Shown here in pieces: positions 47,681-56,447 of a DNA stretch of 64,000 nucleotides (positions within the stretch are counted from its first letter, which is position 1; every line of letters begins with the position of its first letter). The DNA is from an uncultured Cognatishimia sp. GTDB lineage: Bacteria; Pseudomonadota; Alphaproteobacteria; Rhodobacterales; Rhodobacteraceae. The stretch spans positions 866 through 64,865 of the forward strand of contig CAXIAD010000001.1 in assembly GCA_964021645.1 (NCBI GenBank), written 5' to 3'. The notes below the pieces were generated by a model that was given only the letters and a program-made list of their open reading frames with translations, was not told the origin of the DNA and did not search any database. The position numbers and the translations under genes are program-made.

Positions 47681-48042
47681 CGCTAAACGGGTTTATTCTG
47701 ATTGTGATCAGCGTGACATTCTCGGCCTTTGGACAAACCGCCTTTAAGATCGGCGTTGACCGGATCACCCTGCCGAGTGTCGCCAGCATGATGGACAAAT
47801 TACTGGGGTTCGCCAGCTCGCCCTTTGTGCTGCTTGGGCTATCGATGTACGGAATTGGCACGGTGTTTTGGCTATTGGCCTTGCGTCAAATGGACCTGTC
47901 ACTTGCCTATCCGTTTGTTGCGCTCAGCTTTATCATTGTGTTCATGATCGGTGTTTTTGGCCTTGGAGAGCCGGTGAACCCGACAAAAATCGCCGGATTG
48001 GCAATCATCACCCTTGGAATGATCGTTTTGTCGCGCGCTTGA
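47677..48042 (+). CDS. Small 4-TM SMR/EamA-like membrane protein (ArnE/ArnF-like candidate lipid-linked sugar flippase)
   Basis: 121 aa. ATG overlaps the stop of the HAD-UbiA gene (ATGA at 47677-47680). It has four hydrophobic helices and the sequence 'FGQTAFKIGV...LALRQMDLSLAYPF'. Confidence 0.6.
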   Translation: MTLNGFILIVISVTFSAFGQTAFKIGVDRITLPSVASMMDKLLGFASSPFVLLGLSMYGIGTVFWLLALRQMDLSLAYPFVALSFIIVFMIGVFGLGEPVNPTKIAGLAIITLGMIVLSRA

Positions 48043-48070
48043 TGTACCGCGCGCGCCAAAATTGCCCTGA

Positions 48071-48880
48071 TTAGTAGCTGATCACACCTTCGGCCTTGTT
48101 CAACACAACACCCAGCAATGGCTTTATCCCGCCCAAAAGCCGCTCTGCCTCCAACACTTCCTCGGCTTTGGACTTACCCCCGCCAACTACATAGATCACA
48201 CCATCAACATTGGGTAAGAACGCGACCAGATCGTCATGCTCCAGCACGGCTGGCACATCAAAGATCATCATCTCAGGGCAGAACACATCTTGCACTTCGT
48301 CCAGCACTTCGGATGTCATGGCCTCTTGCAGCAATTCCGCTGGGTTTTCGGCAGGCTCTTTCACCAGCCCAAGCGCAAGGTTATGCCCCACACGTTGCAA
48401 AAAATCCTCGGGCGCGATGTGACCACCCAGATATTCCTGCATGTCTGCCTCGGGTGTCACGCCAAATAACTTGGCCAGCATTGGCGTGCGCAAATCGAAA
48501 TCCATCAAAACCGTTCGGCATGAATCCCGACGCGCCAGGGCCACCGCCAAATTAGCCGCGACAAAGCTTTTGCCGCATCCGCTAGTCGGGGATGAAATCG
48601 CAACGCGCGTCCAGCCATTTTCACGCATCGCCAACAATAAACGCGTGCGCAGCATGTCAAACGACACATGCGCAGGGTCATTTCTGGCGGCGCTGACGAT
48701 CCGGTTTTTGGCGAGATGTTTATCACTGAGCTGAGCAGGTTTCATCGCCTGCCATACCAGATCAAGATCCTGCAACGCCGGAACCTGATGTTCGGCACGA
48801 TCTGCGCCTTCTGATGCCACGGGTGTATCATTCATGCTGTGTTTCTGCTCCTTGGGGCGACTTGCAACATTCGACCCCAT
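48071..48880 (-). CDS. Stand-alone BY-kinase-type P-loop ATPase (CpsD/CapB/ExoP C-terminal domain-like), no Tyr-rich tail
   Basis: 269 aa (alternative ATG 48835). Walker A 'SPTSGCGKSFVAANLA', Walker A' 'VLMDFDLRTP', Walker B 'MMIFDVPAV'. The C-terminus ..LNKAEGVISY has a single Tyr. Confidence 0.75.
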   Translation of the reverse strand: MGSNVASRPKEQKHSMNDTPVASEGADRAEHQVPALQDLDLVWQAMKPAQLSDKHLAKNRIVSAARNDPAHVSFDMLRTRLLLAMRENGWTRVAISSPTSGCGKSFVAANLAVALARRDSCRTVLMDFDLRTPMLAKLFGVTPEADMQEYLGGHIAPEDFLQRVGHNLALGLVKEPAENPAELLQEAMTSEVLDEVQDVFCPEMMIFDVPAVLEHDDLVAFLPNVDGVIYVVGGGKSKAEEVLEAERLLGGIKPLLGVVLNKAEGVISY

Positions 48881-48960
48881 ACTCGTTTTACATCATCAAT
48901 TTTTGGCTATGGTGCTACGCGACATTCCGGTCAAAATGATGGCACACCCTTGGCCTTGCG

Positions 48961-51087
48961 TCAAAATCCGAAAAGATTTGCCTCTGAAATTGCTTTCCTA
49001 ACAAACTGCGCGCGGTCCGCCTCTGGTGTCCAGCCAAGAACCATCTTGGGGTGTTGGTTGTTAAACGCCGAAAAATGCGCCCGCGATTTCCAATCCCTAC
49101 GTGAGGCCCTAACCGCGCCCTGTTTACCCAGAACATAGCGTTTCAGCGTGTATTTGATCGCATCCGCCATCCAGAATGCTGTCAAATTCCCCGCGCTCAC
49201 ATCAATGTGCGCGCCAAGCGCATCATGAACCGCATCAAAATATCCACGCGCTGACAGCATGGGATCACCAACAAGATTAAAGCTTTTACCCACGGCAGCA
49301 TCCACTGTCATCATGCTGATCAGCCCATCAACCACATCGTCAATCAACACAAACGGCAATATATGCCGCCCGTTTCCCCAGATGCGCACGGCCCCCGCGC
49401 CATGCCAACGCCCGATGCCCCAATGTTGCAACGGACCCCCCGCGCCAACCACAATGCCGGGCCGCGCGATCACCAGCGGCAAGCCCCGATCCCGGTGCAT
49501 CGCCAGCAACCGTTCTTCGCACATCGCCTTGGATCGCGCATATAGGTTTCGATCGGTCATATCCGCGCCAAATCCGGTTGTTTCGGTAATCGTAACCGAT
49601 GCCTCAGACATATCATAAGACGCGATTGTCCCCGTATAAACGAACCGCTTTACCCCCGCCTCAAGGGCGGCTTTTGCGATGCGTTCCGTCACGCCGACAT
49701 CGTTTTTCAGGCAGTCTTCCCATGTCCCGTCCAGCGATTTACCGAGGTGATACACCGCCTCAATTCCCGCCATCGCGCCCTGCATGGCCTGATCATCATG
49801 CAACGATGCTGAATACAGCTCCACATGGTCGGCAATGTCGTCAAACGGGCCAGTGCGCCCCCGACTTAGCACACGCACATCATGACCAGCCGCGACCAAG
49901 CCACGGGTCAACCCGCGTCCGATAAACCCTGTTCCACCAATCACCAGAACGGTTGGCTTTGGTGTATTGCGACTCGCAGGTACGGGTTTCGCACCCTGCT
50001 CGGGCAGCAATGCCAACGTGTCATCTATGCCCTTCATCACCGTGACGGCCGCGTTGATGTTAAACCGTTGATCAACGGGGGTGCCGTTTTGGATGGCTGT
50101 ATAAAACGCCCCAATCGCCCCCCGAAAGCTAAGGCCATAGGGGGATTTTCGGTTCAACGAGGATAGTTGTCGTGCGCCGTTCACCACGCCTTCGCGCAGG
50201 TGCCGCCCAGCCAAGCCGACCTGTTTGCGCAGCGGGTTCAGAATGATGTCAGATGCATTCTCCCCCTCAACAATCAACGTATCGGCGGCATAATCAAACC
50301 GCGCCCGCCCGGTAGATCCGCGCACCGTGACCGACCGATCATCGACGGTTTCCACCATCGACAGGTTCAATGTCACATCTACATCACCCGCACGTGCAAT
50401 AATGCGCCATGACTGAGGGCGTGCTGTATCTGCGGGCAGCTCAATCGGTTTGCCCAAGCTCAAATATTCAATCTCCAGCGGGCCAAATAGATCAACAGCA
50501 AAGCCAAACAAATGCGGCCCCAACTCCAACAGCAAATTCCGGGTTTCACGCATCAGCCACAGCCCGAATGGCCCGGACCGCAACGGTGCAAGCGGGAAAT
50601 GCCAATTGATTTCAGCCGACCCAATGCGGCCCAATTGACCCGATGAAACCAGCGATTGCAGACGTTCATAGGATGGCATGCCCATAAAGTTATGCCCGGC
50701 GGCAACCTGTTTGGCGGCCTGATCCGCAGCACTGGCAATCGCCACTGTATCAGCGTGCGACAACGCGACAGGTTTCTCGACAAAGCAATGCATTCCGGCC
50801 GCCAAACACGCCTGAGCAAGGGCCGCGTGTGAATCCGGTGGGGTCAAAATATGCACCGCATCCAACTGACCCGCCGCCAGCATCTCATCCAGATCAGCAT
50901 AGGCCTGCGCCCCATTTGCATCGGCCAACCCGCGCGCCGCCGCCATCGACATATCGCACACCGCGACCAGATCGACGCCGGACGTGGCCCGTATGGCCTC
51001 CGCATGCCAATCGGCAATATATCCCGCACCAATGATGGCAGTACGAACTGGAGCTTGGGTCATCGTATTATTCTCTTTCTCAGGCAT
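48961..51087 (-). CDS. Two-domain fusion: Gfo/Idh/MocA oxidoreductase (N-terminal) plus NAD-dependent epimerase/dehydratase SDR (C-terminal)
   Basis: 708 aa. N-terminal 'AIIGAGYIADWH...CFVEKPVA' (Gfo/Idh/MocA Rossmann + EKP). C-terminal 'VLVIGGTGFIGRGL' and 'YARSK' (extended SDR). Confidence 0.8.
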   Translation of the reverse strand: MPEKENNTMTQAPVRTAIIGAGYIADWHAEAIRATSGVDLVAVCDMSMAAARGLADANGAQAYADLDEMLAAGQLDAVHILTPPDSHAALAQACLAAGMHCFVEKPVALSHADTVAIASAADQAAKQVAAGHNFMGMPSYERLQSLVSSGQLGRIGSAEINWHFPLAPLRSGPFGLWLMRETRNLLLELGPHLFGFAVDLFGPLEIEYLSLGKPIELPADTARPQSWRIIARAGDVDVTLNLSMVETVDDRSVTVRGSTGRARFDYAADTLIVEGENASDIILNPLRKQVGLAGRHLREGVVNGARQLSSLNRKSPYGLSFRGAIGAFYTAIQNGTPVDQRFNINAAVTVMKGIDDTLALLPEQGAKPVPASRNTPKPTVLVIGGTGFIGRGLTRGLVAAGHDVRVLSRGRTGPFDDIADHVELYSASLHDDQAMQGAMAGIEAVYHLGKSLDGTWEDCLKNDVGVTERIAKAALEAGVKRFVYTGTIASYDMSEASVTITETTGFGADMTDRNLYARSKAMCEERLLAMHRDRGLPLVIARPGIVVGAGGPLQHWGIGRWHGAGAVRIWGNGRHILPFVLIDDVVDGLISMMTVDAAVGKSFNLVGDPMLSARGYFDAVHDALGAHIDVSAGNLTAFWMADAIKYTLKRYVLGKQGAVRASRRDWKSRAHFSAFNNQHPKMVLGWTPEADRAQFVRKAISEANLFGF

Positions 51088-51095
51088 TCAACCGC

Positions 51096-52076
51096 CTACT
51101 TATACTCAATAATTCGCATTTTGCGGCCACGCAGCCGCCGCCATGCAAAAACCATCATGCCAATGATGTTCGGAAACTTTGACAGACTCAAAAACGCTGC
51201 CTGCTGACGCGCGGTATCCTTAGGCAAACCATCAGTTACCAACCCTTTTACCGTGCGCAGATACGACACGGCATATAGCCCGATGACCGCCGCAACCACC
51301 CACGCAGACCACGCCATACCAATCAGCGCAATGCCCGGTAAAACCCCGCCAAACACCATAACCCGGCGACGTTCCTTGCTGAAATAGGGCGGGTGCATCG
51401 TGCCGACCTGCGCAAAGCCGTGACCGCTGCGAATGGCACGCTGCCACCATTGGCCAAACCGCGTCATATCCGCGTCATGCCGGGTCATCTTTTCGGGCAG
51501 GCGGTGTATTTTCCTGCCCGCCTTGCGCAGGCGAATGCAAAACTCATCATCTTCTGCGGCGATCACCGAGGGATCAAATCCTCCCGCCTCCTCAAACGCC
51601 ACAGACCGCACGGCCATATCCCCACCACAGGTCAGAATATCCCCCGCAGGTCGATGCCATTCAAAATCACAAAGCGCGTTGTAAATGGATCGCTCTGGGT
51701 GAATTTCTGATCGCCACCCCGTGATAATCCCGCAGGTTTCATCTGCCTGTAACGCCGTCACCGCCTGCGCGACCCACCCCGATTCAACGATGCAATCGCC
51801 ATCAAAAAAATGCACAAATTCAGGTAAATCACCGCTTTTCTTTAGCGCTTCAAACCCGGCATTGCGCCCACGCGCGGCGGTAAACGGGCGATCTGGTGAC
51901 AGCTCCACAACTTGCGCACCGAGGTCGCGCGCCGCCTGCACGCTTTGATCCGTTGAACCGGAATCCACATAAACAATCTGCGCCACCTGCCCTGCCAATG
52001 ACGTCAGGCACGCAACTAAACGCGCGCCCTCATTGCGGCCAATGACAACGGCGGCAATTTTCGCAGTATCGCTCAT
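51096..52076 (-). CDS. Glycosyltransferase family 2 protein with C-terminal TM segments
   Basis: 326 aa. 'AAVVIGRNEGARL...VYVDSGSTDQS' and the 'FFDGDC' DxD-type motif, with hydrophobic helices near the C-terminus. It overlaps the upstream GT4 stop. Confidence 0.8.
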   Translation of the reverse strand: MSDTAKIAAVVIGRNEGARLVACLTSLAGQVAQIVYVDSGSTDQSVQAARDLGAQVVELSPDRPFTAARGRNAGFEALKKSGDLPEFVHFFDGDCIVESGWVAQAVTALQADETCGIITGWRSEIHPERSIYNALCDFEWHRPAGDILTCGGDMAVRSVAFEEAGGFDPSVIAAEDDEFCIRLRKAGRKIHRLPEKMTRHDADMTRFGQWWQRAIRSGHGFAQVGTMHPPYFSKERRRVMVFGGVLPGIALIGMAWSAWVVAAVIGLYAVSYLRTVKGLVTDGLPKDTARQQAAFLSLSKFPNIIGMMVFAWRRLRGRKMRIIEYK

Positions 52077-53347
52077 GCGTCGCCCTCATGTTTTGACGGG
52101 CGTAAGGTGGTCACGGGCTGCTGCACCGCGTAACTCGTGAGTATTTCTGATAGCCATCCAGCCTCGGTCGTTAGGTTGAATTCGGCGCACACCTTGGCGC
52201 GGCCCTGCTGCCCCATTTGATCGCGTAAATCCTGATTGCCGAGCAGCGTTGTGATGGCCTCTGACAGCGTGTCCTCATCCCCAGGCGCAACCACAAAACC
52301 ACTGATCCCATCCTCAACCAATTCAGGGATTCCAGCGATCCGCGTGGCCACAACGGGCAGGCCTGCGGCCATCGCCTCCATCAATACCACTGGCACGCCC
52401 TCGGCAAAACTTGGCAGCACTAACGCATCTGATTGCGCCAAAATCTGCGCCACCTCGTCTTGTGATTTATAGCCTACAAAATCAACAATTCCGTCCAGAC
52501 CCGCGACCCTTACATCCTGCTCTAACGCCGCGCGATCAGGGCCATCCCCGATCATCACCAGCCGTGCCTCAGGCACGTTTGCAACCACGCCCGCCATTGC
52601 ATTCAGCAACACAGGCACGCCCTTAACCGCCGACATTCGCCCAATAAACACAAGGTTTTGCGATGCCGGGCGACCTGATTGCGGCGCATAGCGTTCAGGC
52701 TCAATTCCGCAATGCACGATGTGTAATTTATGCCACTGCGATGCCTGCGAAAACGCCATCGCCTGCGATCTGCAAAAATGGCTGATACAGGCGACAAACC
52801 GCGCCTTTGCGATTTTCAAATCCAGCCGCCATTCCTCTGGCGCAAAAAAGATATCCGGCCCATGCAGTGTGAAACTAAACGGGATACCCGACATTTCCGC
52901 GGTGATCATCGCCAAGGAGCAACTGGATTTCGCGATATGATTGTGCAGATGCGTTACCGATTTGCGCCGTAAATGATCGGCCAATACCGCCGCCTCGGCA
53001 AAGTAAAACAACTGAAACAGCAGCCCCTTTAGGCCCGGTCGTCCCGATGTCAACGCTAGGCGCAAGGCCTTGGCGTACCGCTTCGGCGAACGCAAAAACG
53101 CCTTGCCATGACAGGCCACAAACCGCATCGGCGATTTGGCGGCTGCAACAATATAAAACGTCTTTGCGGCTTCTGCACGTTGCTCTGGGCCGACCAAATG
53201 CTCAACGCCAGTTTTGCGAACTGAGCACGTCTCAACCTCATGTCCCAACGCACGTAATGCCATGATTTCACGCTGAATAAACGTGTCGGTGGCGCGTGGG
53301 TATTCACCCGTCAAATAGGCAATTCGCGTCTTTGGTTCACGCATCAA
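52073..53347 (-). CDS. Glycosyltransferase family 4 protein (WcaL-like)
   Basis: 424 aa. N-terminus 'RIAYLTGEYPRATDTFIQRE'. C-terminal 'PSFAEGVPVVLMEAMAAGLPVVATRIAGIPELVEDG' (E-x7-E GT4 motif). Confidence 0.85.
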   Translation of the reverse strand: MMREPKTRIAYLTGEYPRATDTFIQREIMALRALGHEVETCSVRKTGVEHLVGPEQRAEAAKTFYIVAAAKSPMRFVACHGKAFLRSPKRYAKALRLALTSGRPGLKGLLFQLFYFAEAAVLADHLRRKSVTHLHNHIAKSSCSLAMITAEMSGIPFSFTLHGPDIFFAPEEWRLDLKIAKARFVACISHFCRSQAMAFSQASQWHKLHIVHCGIEPERYAPQSGRPASQNLVFIGRMSAVKGVPVLLNAMAGVVANVPEARLVMIGDGPDRAALEQDVRVAGLDGIVDFVGYKSQDEVAQILAQSDALVLPSFAEGVPVVLMEAMAAGLPVVATRIAGIPELVEDGISGFVVAPGDEDTLSEAITTLLGNQDLRDQMGQQGRAKVCAEFNLTTEAGWLSEILTSYAVQQPVTTLRPSKHEGDA

Positions 53348-54335
53348 CCGCCCCTCCTACGGCCCGCGCCATCGCATCCTCAAACCCGTAGGTCGATGTC
53401 CAACCTAGCTGTTCGTGCAGCTGCTGGTTTGAATATCGCAACGGTTTTAGGCGCGCCGCAAACACATCTGAACGCAGCAAGCCGGGCAGCTTTTCTGTCT
53501 CCGGTAACAGGGCAATCAGGGTCGACCAAATTGTGGGCGAAACGGGCAGCACCCATCGCGGCCACCCAGATTTTTGCAGTGCCCGCACAAACGCGCCTCG
53601 TTCGGGCAAACCATCATCCAACACATTAATGACACGGCAATTTCCGGCCTCATCAGGACGCGCAACAGCACAGGCAATCGCCTTGGCACAGTGTTCTATA
53701 TACGCAATCGGCACCTGCCCCCGACGGCCCAACTGGATCAAAAAAGGACCAAACCCAACACCTATATGGGCATTAAACACCTGACCATCCCCGTAGATCG
53801 CGCCGGGTCGTAGCACGGTCAACGCGATACCCTGTTTCATCGCCTGATCGCGTACCAAATCCTCTTGTGCCAGCTTTGCCTGACAATAGGCATCTCGCCG
53901 TTCAGGTCGGCTTTCTAATGCGCAGCTTTCATCCAAACAGGCCCCGGCCGCCAAATTCCGAACCTGATAAACCGCAAGCGAGCTAAGGTGCACCAAATGG
54001 GCCACACCGGCCTGCGCGATGCCATCTAACAGCACCCGCGTCGCGGTTAATGTGTCGCGTTCATGCGCGCCCGCCGCCCCGCTAAGCGAACCCGCGCAAT
54101 GCACAACCGCTATCGCCCCATTCAGGACACCGCACAACTGACCCAGCCCATCAACACCAGCCAGATCTATTTCCGAAACCTCAATGCCTACATCCTCGCC
54201 CCACGCCTTTGGCGCGGTCGATTTTCGACGCACAATCGCACGGACCCCATATCCATGGCCGCGCAATTTCGCCACGGCAGCCCGCCCGACAAAGCCCGCA
54301 GCCCCCGTCACCACAACGTATTTTCCCGCGTTCAT
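53337..54335 (-). CDS. NAD-dependent epimerase/dehydratase family SDR
   Basis: About 332 aa from ATG 54335, whose ATGA overlaps the stop of the upstream Gfo/Idh/MocA gene. 'VVVTGAAGFVGRA' and 'YCQAK' (YxxxK). Confidence 0.8.
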   Translation of the reverse strand: MNAGKYVVVTGAAGFVGRAAVAKLRGHGYGVRAIVRRKSTAPKAWGEDVGIEVSEIDLAGVDGLGQLCGVLNGAIAVVHCAGSLSGAAGAHERDTLTATRVLLDGIAQAGVAHLVHLSSLAVYQVRNLAAGACLDESCALESRPERRDAYCQAKLAQEDLVRDQAMKQGIALTVLRPGAIYGDGQVFNAHIGVGFGPFLIQLGRRGQVPIAYIEHCAKAIACAVARPDEAGNCRVINVLDDGLPERGAFVRALQKSGWPRWVLPVSPTIWSTLIALLPETEKLPGLLRSDVFAARLKPLRYSNQQLHEQLGWTSTYGFEDAMARAVGGAVDA

Positions 54336-55453
54336 TTCGCCCATGACATCGGCTCTACGGGATCGCATTTCGTTTGCATGACTTGGGCGCCCGTATCCGA
54401 ACCAGCCCCTTGAATCGCAAGCGTCACCTCATTCAGATGCAGCGCAAAATCAGCCGACAAACGGCATTCCCGCCCCTCAGAAATTGCCTCAAGCATCTCA
54501 ACCGGACCCAGCGCAAAATTCATCGCAGCAGCCCCCCAGCGTTTCACCTTGGGATGCGTCTTTTTGCCCAACTTAATCCGCCGCCCAATGGGATGTTCAA
54601 CCAACCGTCTGCGCAACTGAAACCGCCGATAAAACCGAACAGGCGCGGCATTGTCCCATGCGCGCGTGACCCGCAAAACACCTTTGTCGCCGAAAATCCT
54701 GATCTGATGATCATGGCTACCAACAATCGAACAGGTCAGCCGCGCCACCACACCGTTGGCAAAAAACAACGTCGCAATAGACACATCGGGCGTGCCCTGC
54801 CCATCTGGGTTTTTCTCGGGGATTACCGTGGCAGAGGCAGCTATCACCCGCTCAACCGATCCAAACCAACCGATTAGCCATGTCAAATAATACCCTGCAT
54901 GCTCCACCGTGCAACCAGTGCGAAATTCATCCGCCGCAGGCCACGCCCGCCCGGATTCCGACCGCCATCCGTCAAACGGGGCCTGTGGAATATACCCATC
55001 ATCCAGCTCTGCATAAATCAAACGCGGCTTACCCGCGACACCGTCCCGCAGCGCCTTGCCCAATGTTTGCGCGGCCTGCCCCAATACGCTGCACGGAGCC
55101 GAGGCCAGCATCAAATTCCGCGCCCGCGCCAGTTCGGTTAACGCGGTCGCATCCACCATCGACATCGCCAGCGGTTTTTCGGAATAGACATGCATCCCCG
55201 CCTCAAGACATTGACGCGATACATCATAATGCGCCGCCGGATTGGTCAGATTCAGCACAAGACTGCCCGCCGCCTGCTGCGCCAGAAACCCCTCCATCGT
55301 GTCACAAGCAATCAGGCCCCAATACTGCGCAAATGTCTGCGCGCGCTCTGGATCATGATCATAAACACATGACACCTGAACAGTCGGATGCGCCTTTAGG
55401 GATCGCATGTATAAATCGGCCACGAATCCACAGCCAATGATCGACAAAGCCAT
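54332..55453 (-). CDS. Gfo/Idh/MocA family oxidoreductase
   Basis: About 373 aa from ATG 55453. 'LSIIGCGFVADLY' and 'VYSEKPLA'. Translationally coupled to the downstream SDR. Confidence 0.8.
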   Translation of the reverse strand: MALSIIGCGFVADLYMRSLKAHPTVQVSCVYDHDPERAQTFAQYWGLIACDTMEGFLAQQAAGSLVLNLTNPAAHYDVSRQCLEAGMHVYSEKPLAMSMVDATALTELARARNLMLASAPCSVLGQAAQTLGKALRDGVAGKPRLIYAELDDGYIPQAPFDGWRSESGRAWPAADEFRTGCTVEHAGYYLTWLIGWFGSVERVIAASATVIPEKNPDGQGTPDVSIATLFFANGVVARLTCSIVGSHDHQIRIFGDKGVLRVTRAWDNAAPVRFYRRFQLRRRLVEHPIGRRIKLGKKTHPKVKRWGAAAMNFALGPVEMLEAISEGRECRLSADFALHLNEVTLAIQGAGSDTGAQVMQTKCDPVEPMSWAK

Positions 55454-55645
55454 CACGTCATCTCTCTCGCTGTGTTGCACCAATCGCACCTTTTACTTTG
55501 CCCAACCTTTGCTGGCAGCCTGACATCTAAACCCGAATTTTGGCTAAACTATATCGGAAAGGCGTCAATTTTCCAGATTAAGACCATTTGGCGTCAATGA
55601 ATGGAAATCCTTTAACAATCTACCCTCTGGTTTTGCCTAAACTCC

Positions 55646-56440
55646 GTGTTAAAGCTCACATATCACAATTCCTGCCAACGGAGGCATCGCGTGCGGTTCA
55701 AGACTTGCTCGGGCGACATTTCAATCACCCATGAAACGCGCACGGCTCTATTCGCTGCGGTCAAAACGGCGTTGCTGGCAAAAACCGGATTTGCGCTGGC
55801 GACGCTAAACCTCGATCATTTGGTGAAACTCGTTCACGATCAGAAATTTGCCGTGGCCTATGGCAGACACGACATGATCGTGGCGGATGGCAATCCGATT
55901 GTCTGGCTTAACCGGCTTGCCGGGCAGGACATCGAATTGTTGCCCGGTTCTGATCTGGTACTGCCGCTGGCACGGCTAGCGGCAGAAACCGACACACCGA
56001 TTGCATTGCTTGGCAGCACAGACGCCACCCTAACCGATACAGCGCGGGCCATGCAGGCGGATATTGCAGGGCTTAAGGTTGGGTTTTCAGTTGCGCCCCC
56101 CTTTGGTTTTGATCCCTCGGGACCAGAGGCGATTGCCCTTTTGAAACAGCTGCACACATCTGGCGCGGGTCTGTGTTTTTTGGCACTTGGCGCCCCAAAA
56201 CAAGAGATTTTGGCCAGCCTAGGCAGGAAACACGCCCCAAATGTGGGATTTATCAGCATCGGTGCAGGCCTTGATTTCATCGCAGGATCGCAAAAACGCG
56301 CGCCCCGCGTTGTACGTGCTTTGGCGATGGAGTGGTTGTGGCGCTTGCTCAGTAACCCGGCACGTTTGGCCGCACGCTATGCGCGTTGTTTTGCGATATT
56401 GCCGGGGTTGATTTTTTCAGCGCGCAAACAACGCAAATAG
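55646..56440 (+). CDS. WecB/TagA/CpsF family glycosyltransferase (GT26)
   Basis: About 250-264 aa (start uncertain, GTG). 'LATLNLDHLV...ADGNPIVWL...LLGS...LALGAPKQE...IGAGLDF' fits GT26. Confidence 0.8.
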   Translation: MLKLTYHNSCQRRHRVRFKTCSGDISITHETRTALFAAVKTALLAKTGFALATLNLDHLVKLVHDQKFAVAYGRHDMIVADGNPIVWLNRLAGQDIELLPGSDLVLPLARLAAETDTPIALLGSTDATLTDTARAMQADIAGLKVGFSVAPPFGFDPSGPEAIALLKQLHTSGAGLCFLALGAPKQEILASLGRKHAPNVGFISIGAGLDFIAGSQKRAPRVVRALAMEWLWRLLSNPARLAARYARCFAILPGLIFSARKQRK

Positions 56441-56447
56441 ATCAGGC

